Below the pieces are notes generated by a model that saw only the letters and a program-made list of their open reading frames with translations, made no database searches and had not been told where the DNA came from. Below are positions 1-10,734 of a stretch of DNA of 64,000 bases, in pieces. The stretch is taken from positions 372,001-436,000 of IMG/VR virus record IMGVR_UViG_3300027996_002186; one strand, given 5' to 3'. The stretch's first letter is position 1; the number at the start of each line of letters is the position of its first letter. The translations under genes and the position numbers were made by a program.

Positions 1-522
1 TTTGTTAATAAAGTTTTGATAGTTCTCTGGTAAGAATAACTTTTCTTTATTATACATTTCATTAGTCATCATATTAACCCAAAGTGGATCAAAACTATGC
101 TTAACCATTTGTTTAATATCATAATCATTCGATACTATTATAGTAGATCTTCCTTCTTCATTAGCCTTCTCAACTAAATAAGCTATCCAGTCATCACCCT
201 CTATATGTGGTGCTTCTAATATTTTGAAAGTACCCTCCATTGATTCTTTGAATTCACCATAAGCCTCATAAACAAACTTCCAATCAATATCAGTATTTTT
301 CTTTCGGGTGCCTTTATACTCGTCTATGTATTTCTTTCTCCAAGATTTTTCTTTGGAATCAGAAACTAGGTAAACGTTAGCAAACGGATACCATTTCTTA
401 TATTTTAACATAGCATTTTCTAATGCTTTATGTAATGCTCCGTAAAGTAAATTATTTTTGTGTAAAGTGAAAACTAAACGACTAAGAATATAATTTCCAT
501 CGATGATTAAGTCACATCTCAT
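1..522 (-). CDS. rnh: T4 RNase H-like 5'-3' exonuclease (PIN/FEN fold), runs off the window edge
   Basis: Not in ORF track. Manual translation from ATG at 522: MRCDLIIDGNY..LVSDSKEKSWRKKYIDEYKGTRKK..IEGDDWIAY..IVSNDYDIKQ. These are the DG, D..SWR..YKxxR, EADD-like and SxDxD motifs of 5'-3' exonucleases. Confidence 0.9.
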   Translation of the reverse strand, partial: MRCDLIIDGNYILSRLVFTLHKNNLLYGALHKALENAMLKYKKWYPFANVYLVSDSKEKSWRKKYIDEYKGTRKKNTDIDWKFVYEAYGEFKESMEGTFKILEAPHIEGDDWIAYLVEKANEEGRSTIIVSNDYDIKQMVKHSFDPLWVNMMTNEMYNKEKLFLPENYQNFINK

Positions 523-566
523 AGCGTAAAAGTATTATTTAATATATATATGAAAAAAGGTCAATT

Positions 567-2066
567 ATGTTGTTAACTATTGAGATAAAAGTAAAAATGA
601 ACAGAGGTAATCTTGGATATTATAATAAAAAAATGAATAGGAAGTTTAAAATTGATGATGAGGTATTAATACCAATAGATAAAATACCAAAGAGTTCGTA
701 TTTTGATGTTGGTGTAATGTGTGATATTTGCTCAATGGAGAAAGAAACAACATATAGAAATTATAATGATTGTTTGAAATATGGATTTTATTCTTGTCAA
801 AAATGCAAACACATCAAAAGGAGAATGACTAATAAGATTAAATATGATGATGAAAATTTCACAAACATAAAGAAGCGAAAAGAAACTATGATATCCAAAC
901 ATGGTTGTTATTTTAACAATAATGAAAAATCCAAAAAAACCGTTAAGGATAAATATGGTGTTTGTAACATTTCACAATTAGATTCAATTAAATGTAAAAA
1001 GAAAGAAACAACATTATTGAATTGGGGAGTTGATAATCCAACTTATATAAAGGATAATAAGTTTATCTATACACAAGATGGTTATATCGAATATAACAAA
1101 GTAGATAAATATCACAAAATTAAATGTGGAGTTGGTCATGAGTTTAATATAACTACAAATTTATTTTATAGTAGATATTATAGAGGATCAACAATATGCA
1201 CTACATGTAATCATATAAACAAACTAACATCCGAGGGTGAGAATGAAGTATATGATCTAATAAATGATAATTATGATGGGAGAATAATTCAATCATATAG
1301 GGATGTTTTGGAGATAGATATTTATCTACCGGATTTGAATATAGGATTTGAATTCAATGGATTATATTGGCACTCAGAAGAACATAAAAATAAAAATTAT
1401 CACCTACACAAAACCGAACATTTCAAGGAAAGGGGTATCAGGATTATACACATATGGGAAGATGATTGGTTGAAAAGGAGAGAAATAATGAAATCAATTA
1501 TTTTAAATAAAGTAAAAAAATCTAATAGAATATTTGCACGAAAATGTAAAGCATGTGAAATTAATAATATAACAGAAGTTAAAGATTTTTTGAATACCAA
1601 CCATATTCAAGGGTTTAATAATAATATCAAAAAATCAATTGGTTTATATTATAATGGTGAATTGGTATCAATAATGTCATTTAATGATATCGAAGGAAGA
1701 AAAAGAATGAAAAATGGGTTTAATATAACTAGATTTTGTAATAAGTTAAACACATCAGTCATAGGAGGAGCTTCAAAAATAATAAGCTTATTTAAATCCA
1801 AGTACAGATATGACTATATGATAAGTTATGCTGATTATTCACTATCAGATGGTGGTCTTTATAAATCAATTGGATTTGAATTGGTTAATAAAAGCTACCC
1901 GGATTATACTTATATAGTTGGTGGAGTTAGAAAACATAAATCAAATTATAAGAAAGATAAATTAGGTATAAAGGGTAAATCAATCACGGAATCAGAGTTC
2001 ATGAAAAATATTGGTATATATAGAATATATGATTGTGGTAAGCTAAAATTTATTATGAATTTTTAA
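567..2066 (+). CDS. Free-standing homing-endonuclease-like protein (Zn-ribbon/KYGV repeats, Vsr/Hef-like nuclease, C-terminal domain)
   Basis: CxxC pairs, KYGVxN-type repeats, EIDIYLP..GFEFNGLYWHSE..IHIWEDDW Vsr-like core, and RFC..GGASK..SYAD..IYDCG tail typical of huge-phage mobile endonucleases. Confidence 0.75.
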   Translation: MLLTIEIKVKMNRGNLGYYNKKMNRKFKIDDEVLIPIDKIPKSSYFDVGVMCDICSMEKETTYRNYNDCLKYGFYSCQKCKHIKRRMTNKIKYDDENFTNIKKRKETMISKHGCYFNNNEKSKKTVKDKYGVCNISQLDSIKCKKKETTLLNWGVDNPTYIKDNKFIYTQDGYIEYNKVDKYHKIKCGVGHEFNITTNLFYSRYYRGSTICTTCNHINKLTSEGENEVYDLINDNYDGRIIQSYRDVLEIDIYLPDLNIGFEFNGLYWHSEEHKNKNYHLHKTEHFKERGIRIIHIWEDDWLKRREIMKSIILNKVKKSNRIFARKCKACEINNITEVKDFLNTNHIQGFNNNIKKSIGLYYNGELVSIMSFNDIEGRKRMKNGFNITRFCNKLNTSVIGGASKIISLFKSKYRYDYMISYADYSLSDGGLYKSIGFELVNKSYPDYTYIVGGVRKHKSNYKKDKLGIKGKSITESEFMKNIGIYRIYDCGKLKFIMNF

Positions 2067-2436
2067 GTATATCCTCGATCTTCTTGTCTCTCTCTAGTAT
2101 TATGAATCTTTGTTCTAGGAATTCTTCTATTTCAACTGGAAGATGAACATTTTGTTTTTTCAAATCATCATAGAATGGCTTACCCATTATATTTATAGAT
2201 GATATTATAATTGCGGTTGTTGAGTCTTGATATCCATCCACTTCCACTTCTTCGCCTAATATAATATATTTAGCTTTGTGTGAATATAATGTAGCACCAC
2301 CGGATGATGCCAATATTCGTCCTGGTGTAGTGGTTGAGTTTGTGTAAATACCAATTCCCCCATAAATACTAGACGTACCTACGAGGTTGATATTAGATGT
2401 ATGTACTTGCTGACTATTTACATTTATGAATCCCAT
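2053..2436 (-). CDS. Hypothetical protein with C-terminal RxxKI tag
   Basis: 127-aa ORF ending ERDKKIEDILKNS. Confidence 0.75.
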   Translation of the reverse strand: MGFINVNSQQVHTSNINLVGTSSIYGGIGIYTNSTTTPGRILASSGGATLYSHKAKYIILGEEVEVDGYQDSTTAIIISSINIMGKPFYDDLKKQNVHLPVEIEEFLEQRFIILERDKKIEDILKNS

Positions 2437-2465
2437 GTAAATTATAACAATTTTAATAAAAAAGT

Positions 2466-4091
2466 TTATTTAACTACTAAGTGTGGTGCTGACCAAATAG
2501 ATTCTGATTTAGCAAAATCAACTATTTTTGTTATATAATCATCTCTTATTTCTTGTGGTAGATTATATAACCAATCTATGAATACTATTGATTGTAGTCT
2601 TGAATTCTCCGCATTTGACTTTTCTCCATCACCAGATAAATCTTGATTGAATATACCGCTGAGGTAATCATTTTCAACCACAAACATCTCACCAACTAAA
2701 TATTCTCTTATTTCAGATTTATCCTTTTTCTTTCTTATAAACTCCTTGATTTGATACAAATTATCTGGCATTAAATGATTTATCATTGATCCAGCTTTAC
2801 CACTAACATACCCACCCTTACTCTTAAGCTCAAGTGATATGTTTGATGTTTGATTACTATCAAATGTTCTACAATCTATACCTGAACCATCTTTCCAATT
2901 ATTAGCAACATCGGCCTCGTTCTCAAATTTCCAGGAAAAGTCTATATTAGCTGTTTTTCTAGAAGGCTTTACCACTTTATCCAGGTTATCAGCTTTTAAC
3001 TTATTATCTATATCTTTATTACCAGAATTAACTATCATTAATTTTGGAGTATTTATCGTTTGCTTAAGTGATACTCCAACTAATCCTTTTCGATGAATAA
3101 CAGACTCACCTAAGAAATCATTAAGATCATCAATATTATCCATATCATAATATGAATTATAATTAGATAAAGATTCATTTCCCTTAAAAACTATCCAGAA
3201 ATCGCTTGGGTTCCATTTAGCCATATTTGAAAGCTCTGGTATATCATAAAAATTATAATCACCTAATAACTCACCAGCCTCGAGTATTATTCCTTTTTTA
3301 TTTTGTATTTCTTCTTTAAATATAAAATGAGCAAATTTATTAATAAGTAGATCTTTACTATTCTTCACTATATAAGAAATATTACTTATATCATCCTCAC
3401 TAAGGTATCCATCTTTAATTCTATTACCGCTTTTATCATATCCCAGTAGAAAATCACATTGATTTTCCATACCTTCCATGATTTTTTTACCTGTTGTAAA
3501 TATATCATATGAGTTATTAATATCATCCATAGATTTATTATTTGATATACTAGCAAATCTTATATCCTTTCTAGTCTCATACCTCATAAGTATTTTACCA
3601 TGATGTGTTTGTATGTTTAACTTAACACCAGCGTTTAACCAAGCTCTAATAGCTAATGTTATTAGAAAGGCAGTTTCTCTAAAATGGTTACCTCTTTTAG
3701 AAGGACCAACACGATCATATTGTCTAACCATATTGGATATTGATCCTCTCTTGGCTACAGCCCAGTCAATGTTAATATCATCAGAATCGGTATGATATAT
3801 CATTAAATCATCATTTGATTCAACTTCTAATTTTAATTTTAAGTCTGAGAAATTTATTTCAGTAACAGTTGAATTTCTTATCCAAATAACCTTTTCATCA
3901 TCACCTGGGATATCCCCCTTTGATAAATCTAATTTTATATCAAAATTATTAATGTTAGATGTTTCTATCTCATTTACTAATTTTTTCATCGCCACTGATT
4001 TCCCCTTTCTAGAAAGGCTATAAGGCATTTTTTTATCACCACTAAGAGTAGCTTCTTTAATAAACCTATTATACCTTAGTATTTTTTTCAT
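2466..4091 (-). CDS. Large hypothetical protein, possible PD-(D/E)xK-like nuclease, N-terminal capsid-targeting-like motif
   Basis: Start moved to ATG 4091 (MKKILRYNRFIKEA), 5 nt after TAATATATA; KWNPSDFW...LVGVSLK motif. Confidence 0.6.
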   Translation of the reverse strand: MKKILRYNRFIKEATLSGDKKMPYSLSRKGKSVAMKKLVNEIETSNINNFDIKLDLSKGDIPGDDEKVIWIRNSTVTEINFSDLKLKLEVESNDDLMIYHTDSDDINIDWAVAKRGSISNMVRQYDRVGPSKRGNHFRETAFLITLAIRAWLNAGVKLNIQTHHGKILMRYETRKDIRFASISNNKSMDDINNSYDIFTTGKKIMEGMENQCDFLLGYDKSGNRIKDGYLSEDDISNISYIVKNSKDLLINKFAHFIFKEEIQNKKGIILEAGELLGDYNFYDIPELSNMAKWNPSDFWIVFKGNESLSNYNSYYDMDNIDDLNDFLGESVIHRKGLVGVSLKQTINTPKLMIVNSGNKDIDNKLKADNLDKVVKPSRKTANIDFSWKFENEADVANNWKDGSGIDCRTFDSNQTSNISLELKSKGGYVSGKAGSMINHLMPDNLYQIKEFIRKKKDKSEIREYLVGEMFVVENDYLSGIFNQDLSGDGEKSNAENSRLQSIVFIDWLYNLPQEIRDDYITKIVDFAKSESIWSAPHLVVK

Positions 4092-4173
4092 AACATTATA
4101 TATTAATATCATGAAATCAGAATCATGTTATCTCACTCATTATTCAAAATGTATATTTCGAATATGTAATAAT

Positions 4174-5199
4174 TTAATTATTGTTATAAACCCTATTATA
4201 CTCTGTTCTATATTTATATGAAATCACTTGTATGGAATATCCTGTATTTGGTTCATATTTCAATTCTTTACCCAAAATATTATAGTACTTTATGGATATT
4301 GGACTTTCAGAATCTTTGTTTATTGATATTATATTAAAGTATTCGAAATCTCCATTATAATCTATTTGTTTTAATCGGTAATAAACTAAGTCTGTGGTTG
4401 TTTTATTATCATAATAATATGATAGTGTTTCACTAGAGTTACCGGCACCAGCAACCTGACCAACAAAATTCCATTGTTCTCCGTTAATAGATGAATAGAT
4501 TTCAAATCTATCATTGTTAGATTCAGATGCAGTTAACCATTTTAACTCATCAAGGCCGTTATTCTCGTTGTATTCACCAGTAAAAGATAATAATTCAATT
4601 GGTAGAGCAATAGAGCAAGTTGTTTCATAAACAAAGATATCATCAAAGTAATATTCTTCGGTATCAGCTTGATTACCTAATAATACTCTAATTTTCAATA
4701 TAGATCCTGTTCCAATATCTATACAATCTATTTGTGAATAACCATTAACAGCCCCACAGACTGCCATAAAGTTTATCCAAACACCGCCATCAATTTGATA
4801 TTCGGCATTTAGTAGGTCCTCACCAGAACCACAACTATTACACTCCATGTTACCCTCAGCTCTCATTGAGATGGATATAGACATAGTAGTATATCCTATT
4901 ATATTAATATCTTCTGATATCCAAATATTATCAGATTCACCTTGGCTATTAACACAACAAGTTAAACCCTCAATATCCTCACAACAAAATTCTTTATCAC
5001 CAAAGGTTGTTCTTGTTCCCCAATAATTATTACCAACTGTACCGGGAGCTCCATCAGCATCACAATTATTAGCAGATGTAGTCCACTTGGTAGTATTTTG
5101 TGTACCGTCTGTATATGATTCGAAATCTTCTGACCAAATAACTGTTTGTGAATTAAGAATAAATGGTAGTAATAAAACTAAAAATGTAAATATCTTCAT
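4174..5199 (-). CDS. Secreted Bacteroidota-type protein (signal peptide, Cys-rich beta domain, LPIEL Ig-like domain, degenerate T9SS-like tail)
   Basis: MKIFTFLVLLLPFILNSQ signal peptide; LPIELLSFTG..LKWLTASESNNDRFEI..GAGNS..YYRLKQIDYNG; tail YYNILGKEL. Confidence 0.8.
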   Translation of the reverse strand: MKIFTFLVLLLPFILNSQTVIWSEDFESYTDGTQNTTKWTTSANNCDADGAPGTVGNNYWGTRTTFGDKEFCCEDIEGLTCCVNSQGESDNIWISEDINIIGYTTMSISISMRAEGNMECNSCGSGEDLLNAEYQIDGGVWINFMAVCGAVNGYSQIDCIDIGTGSILKIRVLLGNQADTEEYYFDDIFVYETTCSIALPIELLSFTGEYNENNGLDELKWLTASESNNDRFEIYSSINGEQWNFVGQVAGAGNSSETLSYYYDNKTTTDLVYYRLKQIDYNGDFEYFNIISINKDSESPISIKYYNILGKELKYEPNTGYSIQVISYKYRTEYNRVYNNN

Positions 5200-5233
5200 A
5201 TAGAATATATATTAAATATACTTAATTGTTTGA

Positions 5234-7078
5234 TTATTTTAATAACTCTGTTTTTCTTAGATCAGAGTTTTTACCAAACCAAATATTAAGAGAGTCTTTT
5301 GAAACATCATCTTTGGTTATAAGTGTTAACCTAGGTCTGTTTATAATATCTTCATACTCATCATCAACTAGAGCTGCTAAACCTTTCTTATACTTAATAT
5401 CATATTTCTTTAAGTCTTTATTCTTCTCCCATTCATTATATTCACTTTGATTATAGAATAGAATTTTCTTTTCTTTCTTAGCTCTTGGTATAGCTACCAC
5501 GATTGGTGTTTCAACCTTATATAACATACGTCTTTCGAACATATCTGGCCAATACTTATAAAAGAAGTTTATCAATAATGCGGCAATTGCATTTCCATCA
5601 ACATCAGCATCAACATATAAAAGAACTCGGCCATACCTAAGTGATTTTAATTCAATATCATGGCCCAATTTCAACCCAATAGAGGCCATTAAGTTAACCG
5701 CCTCTGTATTCTGAACTAATTTCTGACTTGATATATCAGACACGTTTATAAACTTACCTTTCAATGCAAAGGCTCCCATTGATTGAGAATCTCTATACTT
5801 TCTAAAAGCACCAGCAGCAGAATCTCCCTCAAATAACCCTAGTGAATACTTCCATCTATCCTTACCCTTAGCATCAATAAGTTTTTCAACCTTTATCTTA
5901 GATAACTTTTTATTTAGATTTCTTTGTAATTTATTCTCATCTGCATTTTTCTTTTGTTCTATCCAATCTAATATAGAGTTAACTATTTCGGATTTCAATA
6001 TAGATTGAACCATCTTCTTACTAACTTCAAAGGAAGTTCCAAAATCTTTAATCTCAGTAATTAACTTTTCTTTCGTCTGTGATGAGAATGATGGGTTAAT
6101 AACAGTAGAGTCTAAGAATAAGAACATATGGTTCTTTAATTCTGACGGTTTAACATCAGTCTTATGTTTCTTCAAGAAATAGGCTCTAAGATCTAATATA
6201 ATTTGATTCATAATATAATCTACGTGCGTACCACCATCATAAGTTTCTGTTGAGTTAGCAAAACTAACTTGTTGGAATCCATTTTCTGATAAAGCAATAC
6301 CAACAGACCAACTATTACCCTTTTTAGTTTCAAAGAAAAAGTCATCAACATATAATTTTATATAATCTTCATATGATTTGAAATTAATAACTTTACCATT
6401 GAAATAGATTTTAATCTTAGTGTTACATGCGGCTAAATCATAAACTCTTTTTTCCAATAATTGATAGTGTGATTCATCTAAACCATCCATCGTGAATTTC
6501 TCAAAATCTGGATTGAATGATATTTTAGTATGACTCCTGGTAGCCTTTTTAATCTTAGGAGAAGTTCTTTCTCTCATATTGTTAGTAAATGTCTGACTAA
6601 ATTGATTTTTACCATCACAAGTCTCAATAGTGAACTCATTTGAGTATATGTTTGTTAGTGTAGATCCAACACCATTAGTACCAGCCCAAGATCTTTCTTC
6701 ATCATCATTGAAATTAGAACCAGCTTTAAGGTTTGAGAATATCATCTCCGGAATCCACTCTTTATGTTCTTTGTGTTTAACAACTGGTATACCACCATTA
6801 TCCCAAATAGATATTGAATTCTTATCCTTATCTATTGTTACTTTAATTATATTAAGTTTGGATCCTTTTCTTTTACTCTCATCAACTGAATTAGTAATTA
6901 TCTCATCAAATATTTTTAGAAATCCCGGATTGTATGTTATTTCTTTTTGAATTGCCTTCTCTCCTTCGATTAACCATTTGTTAGATGTGTGTGGTTTTAT
7001 AGAACCGATATACATTCCAGGTCTTAGTATAACGTGGTCTATATCATCTAACTTCTTGAATTTCTTATCTATCGACAT
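5234..7078 (-). CDS. DNA topoisomerase II large subunit (T4 gp39+gp60-like; GyrB/ParE-type ATPase + TOPRIM)
   Basis: HVILRPGMYIGS, EIITNSVDE, DNGGIP, GTNGVG, EGDSA, DADVDG, YKKGL. Confidence 0.97.
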   Translation of the reverse strand: MSIDKKFKKLDDIDHVILRPGMYIGSIKPHTSNKWLIEGEKAIQKEITYNPGFLKIFDEIITNSVDESKRKGSKLNIIKVTIDKDKNSISIWDNGGIPVVKHKEHKEWIPEMIFSNLKAGSNFNDDEERSWAGTNGVGSTLTNIYSNEFTIETCDGKNQFSQTFTNNMRERTSPKIKKATRSHTKISFNPDFEKFTMDGLDESHYQLLEKRVYDLAACNTKIKIYFNGKVINFKSYEDYIKLYVDDFFFETKKGNSWSVGIALSENGFQQVSFANSTETYDGGTHVDYIMNQIILDLRAYFLKKHKTDVKPSELKNHMFLFLDSTVINPSFSSQTKEKLITEIKDFGTSFEVSKKMVQSILKSEIVNSILDWIEQKKNADENKLQRNLNKKLSKIKVEKLIDAKGKDRWKYSLGLFEGDSAAGAFRKYRDSQSMGAFALKGKFINVSDISSQKLVQNTEAVNLMASIGLKLGHDIELKSLRYGRVLLYVDADVDGNAIAALLINFFYKYWPDMFERRMLYKVETPIVVAIPRAKKEKKILFYNQSEYNEWEKNKDLKKYDIKYKKGLAALVDDEYEDIINRPRLTLITKDDVSKDSLNIWFGKNSDLRKTELLK

Positions 7079-7166
7079 TTTTAATTTACTTGAATTTAGT
7101 TTATATATAGTAAAATAAAAACTTTGTTTTGGAAGTTTAGTAATTCGAATGATGTATTTTTAGAAA

Positions 7167-7580
7167 TTACTCACCTTTGATGAAGCTTATTTGATACGAA
7201 GCTTTCCTGTATGTGAATTCAAATTTAATAGGATCCGGATTGCTATTATCGAAACAATTATTCACTTTGAATCCTCTTGAATTCATATATCCGGTTATAT
7301 CTTCTATATTAGAATCGACAAGATATTTTTCGTGGAAATCACCATCTTCAGTTTTATTAATATTTATGTATAACTCTGGTGTTTTTCTTGCTTTAGCCAT
7401 TGTCATTGGTGAGAAACTAGCAATTGTTTCATATCCAATATCATCTAGTTCTGATAATTTATCTTCAATGAATTCAAAACAATCATTCATATCAACAATT
7501 ACATCACCATATACATTATAAAGATTTTTAGGAACTTTATTAAATGATTCAAATATTTTATATGTGTTTATGTGTTTCAT
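7167..7580 (-). CDS. Hypothetical protein, CTS-like N-terminus, dispersed paralog family
   Basis: MKHINTYKIFESF; DKLSELDDIGY. Confidence 0.75.
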   Translation of the reverse strand: MKHINTYKIFESFNKVPKNLYNVYGDVIVDMNDCFEFIEDKLSELDDIGYETIASFSPMTMAKARKTPELYININKTEDGDFHEKYLVDSNIEDITGYMNSRGFKVNNCFDNSNPDPIKFEFTYRKASYQISFIKGE

Positions 7581-7590
7581 TCAACATACT

Positions 7591-8256
7591 TTAGATATTC
7601 ATCAATGGAATTTTAGGCTTGATTTCAAATCTTTCATTTAAATACATTTTCAATTCATTCTCGATATAATGTTCTGGAACCTCCATAGATGGATCCATAT
7701 GTTCCATTCTATCTGATAATTCTATTGAGAACTCGTGGAGTACAGTAGGTTTTATAGCTTGTACTAATCTATCAGAAACAACAAAAGCTCTAGTAAATCT
7801 ATCCTTTGGTGATATTTCACCTTCTGCCAATTTCATTGAACTCTTTATAACCTTTTTCAAAAAGGAATTGTAATTGTTACCTGGATCTTCTAAGATTGGT
7901 TTCATAATTTTATTAAATGCTCTAGTTGATCCGAATAAAAACCCTGCGATTGCTATTATTGGGAAGAAAGGAGCTAAAGCCATGGGTGTAATTCTATGCA
8001 CCATTTTAATAACACCAACTTTCATAGCTGATCTTTTCTTGGCTACTTGAGCATCTTTGAATAATGCATTCAACATACCAAATGTGAAAGATGTTCCATT
8101 CTCATTTAAATACTGACCAAGATTACCTCTATGAGCGTGATATAAATGTGTTTTTATATCTTTCTTAGTAACACCTAACCTTTTTAATTCGGCCTTAATG
8201 TTCTTATCATATTTTTCTTGAATTAAAAATTCATCATATTTCTTAATACTCTTCAT
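7591..8256 (-). CDS. Hypothetical protein with hydrophobic segment, CTS-like N-terminus
   Basis: Track start 8400 overlaps the gp52-like gene; the likely start is ATG 8256 (MKSIKKYDEFLIQE). Hydrophobic stretch ALAPFFPIIAIAGFLFG. Confidence 0.7.
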   Translation of the reverse strand: MKSIKKYDEFLIQEKYDKNIKAELKRLGVTKKDIKTHLYHAHRGNLGQYLNENGTSFTFGMLNALFKDAQVAKKRSAMKVGVIKMVHRITPMALAPFFPIIAIAGFLFGSTRAFNKIMKPILEDPGNNYNSFLKKVIKSSMKLAEGEISPKDRFTRAFVVSDRLVQAIKPTVLHEFSIELSDRMEHMDPSMEVPEHYIENELKMYLNERFEIKPKIPLMNI

Positions 8257-8293
8257 ACAAAAACAAAATATACTTTTTACTATATATAAAACT

Positions 8294-9637
8294 ATGATGA
8301 CAGAAAAATCGATCTCAGAATTTTTATCTGATGAATACAAAGAGTTTGCGATGTACTCTATTGAGGGGAGGGCGATGCCTTCCGTCATTGATGGATTCAA
8401 ACCAACTCAACGAAAAGTAATACACATATCTAACCAAATATGGAAAACAGGAGGCGAGAAAACACTAAAAGTCTTTCAATTAGCTGGTAAAGTAGCATCT
8501 GATGCTTTTTATCATCATGGTAATACATCACTTGAGAATTCTATTGTAACGATGGCTCAAAAATTCAAGAACAACGCAGCTTTATTAGAAGAAGATGGTC
8601 AATATGGCTCACTTAGATCTCCTCAACCAGGAGCTCCTAGATACATTGGTACTAAATTAAACGAAAACTTTAGATTAATTTATAAAGATTTTGAACTTCT
8701 AAATTATAAAGAGGAAGAAGGAGAAACAATTGAACCAGAATTCTTTTTACCAATAATACCAACTGTTTTATTAAATGGATCATCAGGTATTGCTGTTGGA
8801 TTTGCATCAAACGTATTAAACAGAAACGTAGAACAACTAATAAACTCTTGTGTTAAGGTGTTAGATGGTAAGAAAATAAAGTCTATAAAACCTTCATACG
8901 CTGAATTTACTGGTGAGTTCATACAAGATGAAGAGAATAATAAGAGATGGATAATAAGAGGTGAATTCGAAAGAGTTAACACATCAACAGTAAGGATAAC
9001 TGAATTACCACCATCAATGACTTATGAGAAATATGAAGATCATTTAGATAAAATATCTGATAATAAAGACATTGTTTCTTATGATGATAATTGTAAAGAT
9101 AATATAGATTATACTATTAAATTCAACAGAAGTGTATTAGCCGATTTGGATGATACAAAACTAAGAAAGTTATTAAAATTAGAAGAATCATCTACTGAGA
9201 TATTCTCCACACTCGATGAGTTTGGTAAATTAAAAATATTTGAAACCTGTGAAGAGATAGTTGAATATTTTGTCAATTTCAGACTTACTTATTATCACAC
9301 CAGAAAAGAATTTCTACTAGAAAAGTTAAATAGAGAATTAAAAATACTTTCTAATAGAGGAAGGTTCATAAAAGCTATACTTGATGAAAAGTTAAAGATA
9401 AATAATGTTGCTAAATCCGAAATAATTTCACAAATTGTGGATATGGGGTTAGAACAAATTGATGATTCATATGATTACCTTTTAAGGATGCCTATATATT
9501 CACTAACAAAAGAATTATTTGAAAAATTAAAAATGGATTTCTCTGCTAAGAAAGAAGAGATTCAAATTTTAGAGAATACCGATCCAAAAGATATGTATCG
9601 ATTGGATTTGAGTGATCTAAAAAAGAAATTCAAATAA
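8294..9637 (+). CDS. DNA topoisomerase II medium subunit (T4 gp52-like; GyrA/ParC-type)
   Basis: RAMPSVIDGFKPTQRK, YHHG, GQYGS, GAPRYI (catalytic Tyr), LLNGSSGIAVGFA, ITELP. Confidence 0.97.
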   Translation: MMTEKSISEFLSDEYKEFAMYSIEGRAMPSVIDGFKPTQRKVIHISNQIWKTGGEKTLKVFQLAGKVASDAFYHHGNTSLENSIVTMAQKFKNNAALLEEDGQYGSLRSPQPGAPRYIGTKLNENFRLIYKDFELLNYKEEEGETIEPEFFLPIIPTVLLNGSSGIAVGFASNVLNRNVEQLINSCVKVLDGKKIKSIKPSYAEFTGEFIQDEENNKRWIIRGEFERVNTSTVRITELPPSMTYEKYEDHLDKISDNKDIVSYDDNCKDNIDYTIKFNRSVLADLDDTKLRKLLKLEESSTEIFSTLDEFGKLKIFETCEEIVEYFVNFRLTYYHTRKEFLLEKLNRELKILSNRGRFIKAILDEKLKINNVAKSEIISQIVDMGLEQIDDSYDYLLRMPIYSLTKELFEKLKMDFSAKKEEIQILENTDPKDMYRLDLSDLKKKFK

Positions 9638-9758
9638 TTCAAATATTATTCTTATATTTGTGACAATGATAAAATACATTTCTAAGAATATGAAGTTAGA
9701 TTAATCTAAATCAAAAAATCAGAAAGTAAGTTTACAAATTAAATAAATAATAACACAT

Positions 9759-10388
9759 ATGGGTATTTTTCAAATTATAATGGTATTTTTCAGCGGTATT
9801 ACACTTGGTGGTATAATACATAAATATATTAGTGATTGGTCAGAGAAGAATAAGAAAGATCATTTATTATCAAGCATTACTAAACAATTCAAACAAATAC
9901 AACTGAATATAACAAGAGGAAAATCTTCATTTAAAAACCGAGTGAATAATACGGTTTTTATAAAATCTTCATTAGAAGATCACGGTGATGTTGATATTGT
10001 TTATATAATGGATAGTAATATCAGTAATAGAATATCTATATTTCAAGAATCCAAATGTATCTACACATCAGACTCTATTGAAAAAGATATTATTGATGAA
10101 ATTTCATTCATAATCGAAAAGAGATATAAGAAACAAATTGAAGATGTTGTTGATATATTAGGTTTGAAATTTTATAGACCAGATTTTGAAAAAACGTTTG
10201 ATTTTGAAAAAGCGTTTAAGGACTCCGGTATTGATGAACATGATTCTGATATAGAAAAGATACAAATGGATAATGATTCTCGGTTTGATATCGATGATGT
10301 ATTAGATAAGATTAGTAAAGAAGGAATGGAAAGTCTTTCTGATAGTGAAAAGTTATTTCTAGAAGATTATAGTAGAAATAATGGATAA
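9759..10388 (+). CDS. Membrane-anchored protein with C-terminal DUF6576-like helical module
   Basis: N-terminal TM helix; C-terminus FDIDDVLDKISKEGMESLSDSEKLFL. Confidence 0.7.
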   Translation: MGIFQIIMVFFSGITLGGIIHKYISDWSEKNKKDHLLSSITKQFKQIQLNITRGKSSFKNRVNNTVFIKSSLEDHGDVDIVYIMDSNISNRISIFQESKCIYTSDSIEKDIIDEISFIIEKRYKKQIEDVVDILGLKFYRPDFEKTFDFEKAFKDSGIDEHDSDIEKIQMDNDSRFDIDDVLDKISKEGMESLSDSEKLFLEDYSRNNG

Positions 10389-10734
10389 TATAGAAATAAA
10401 TATTGAACCATGGGTAATAATTTCACAGGTAGGTGAGTATGAACACCACACACTAATAATGATGTTGACACTCATTGTTGAGTTTAATGGTAATTATTTT
10501 TATATCAAAGATGATGATCAAAAACTCAAAGATGTTTCTAATATGCCAAATTATATAAAGGAAGATTGGTTAAACTACAATAAGAAAGAATTGGGTATAT
10601 CTGTTATTAATAAACAGATAAGGAACCTAGAAATGATTTTAGAGAAAAAAAGTCCTTATGATCCAAAAGATGAAGAATCTCTCACACAACTAATATCAAT
10701 ACGTAGAGATTTAATTATCAACGGTATCATTTAA
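10381..10734 (+). CDS. Hypothetical protein, C-terminal tag variant
   Basis: Overlaps upstream stop; ends IRRDLIINGII. Confidence 0.7.
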   Translation: MDNIEINIEPWVIISQVGEYEHHTLIMMLTLIVEFNGNYFYIKDDDQKLKDVSNMPNYIKEDWLNYNKKELGISVINKQIRNLEMILEKKSPYDPKDEESLTQLISIRRDLIINGII

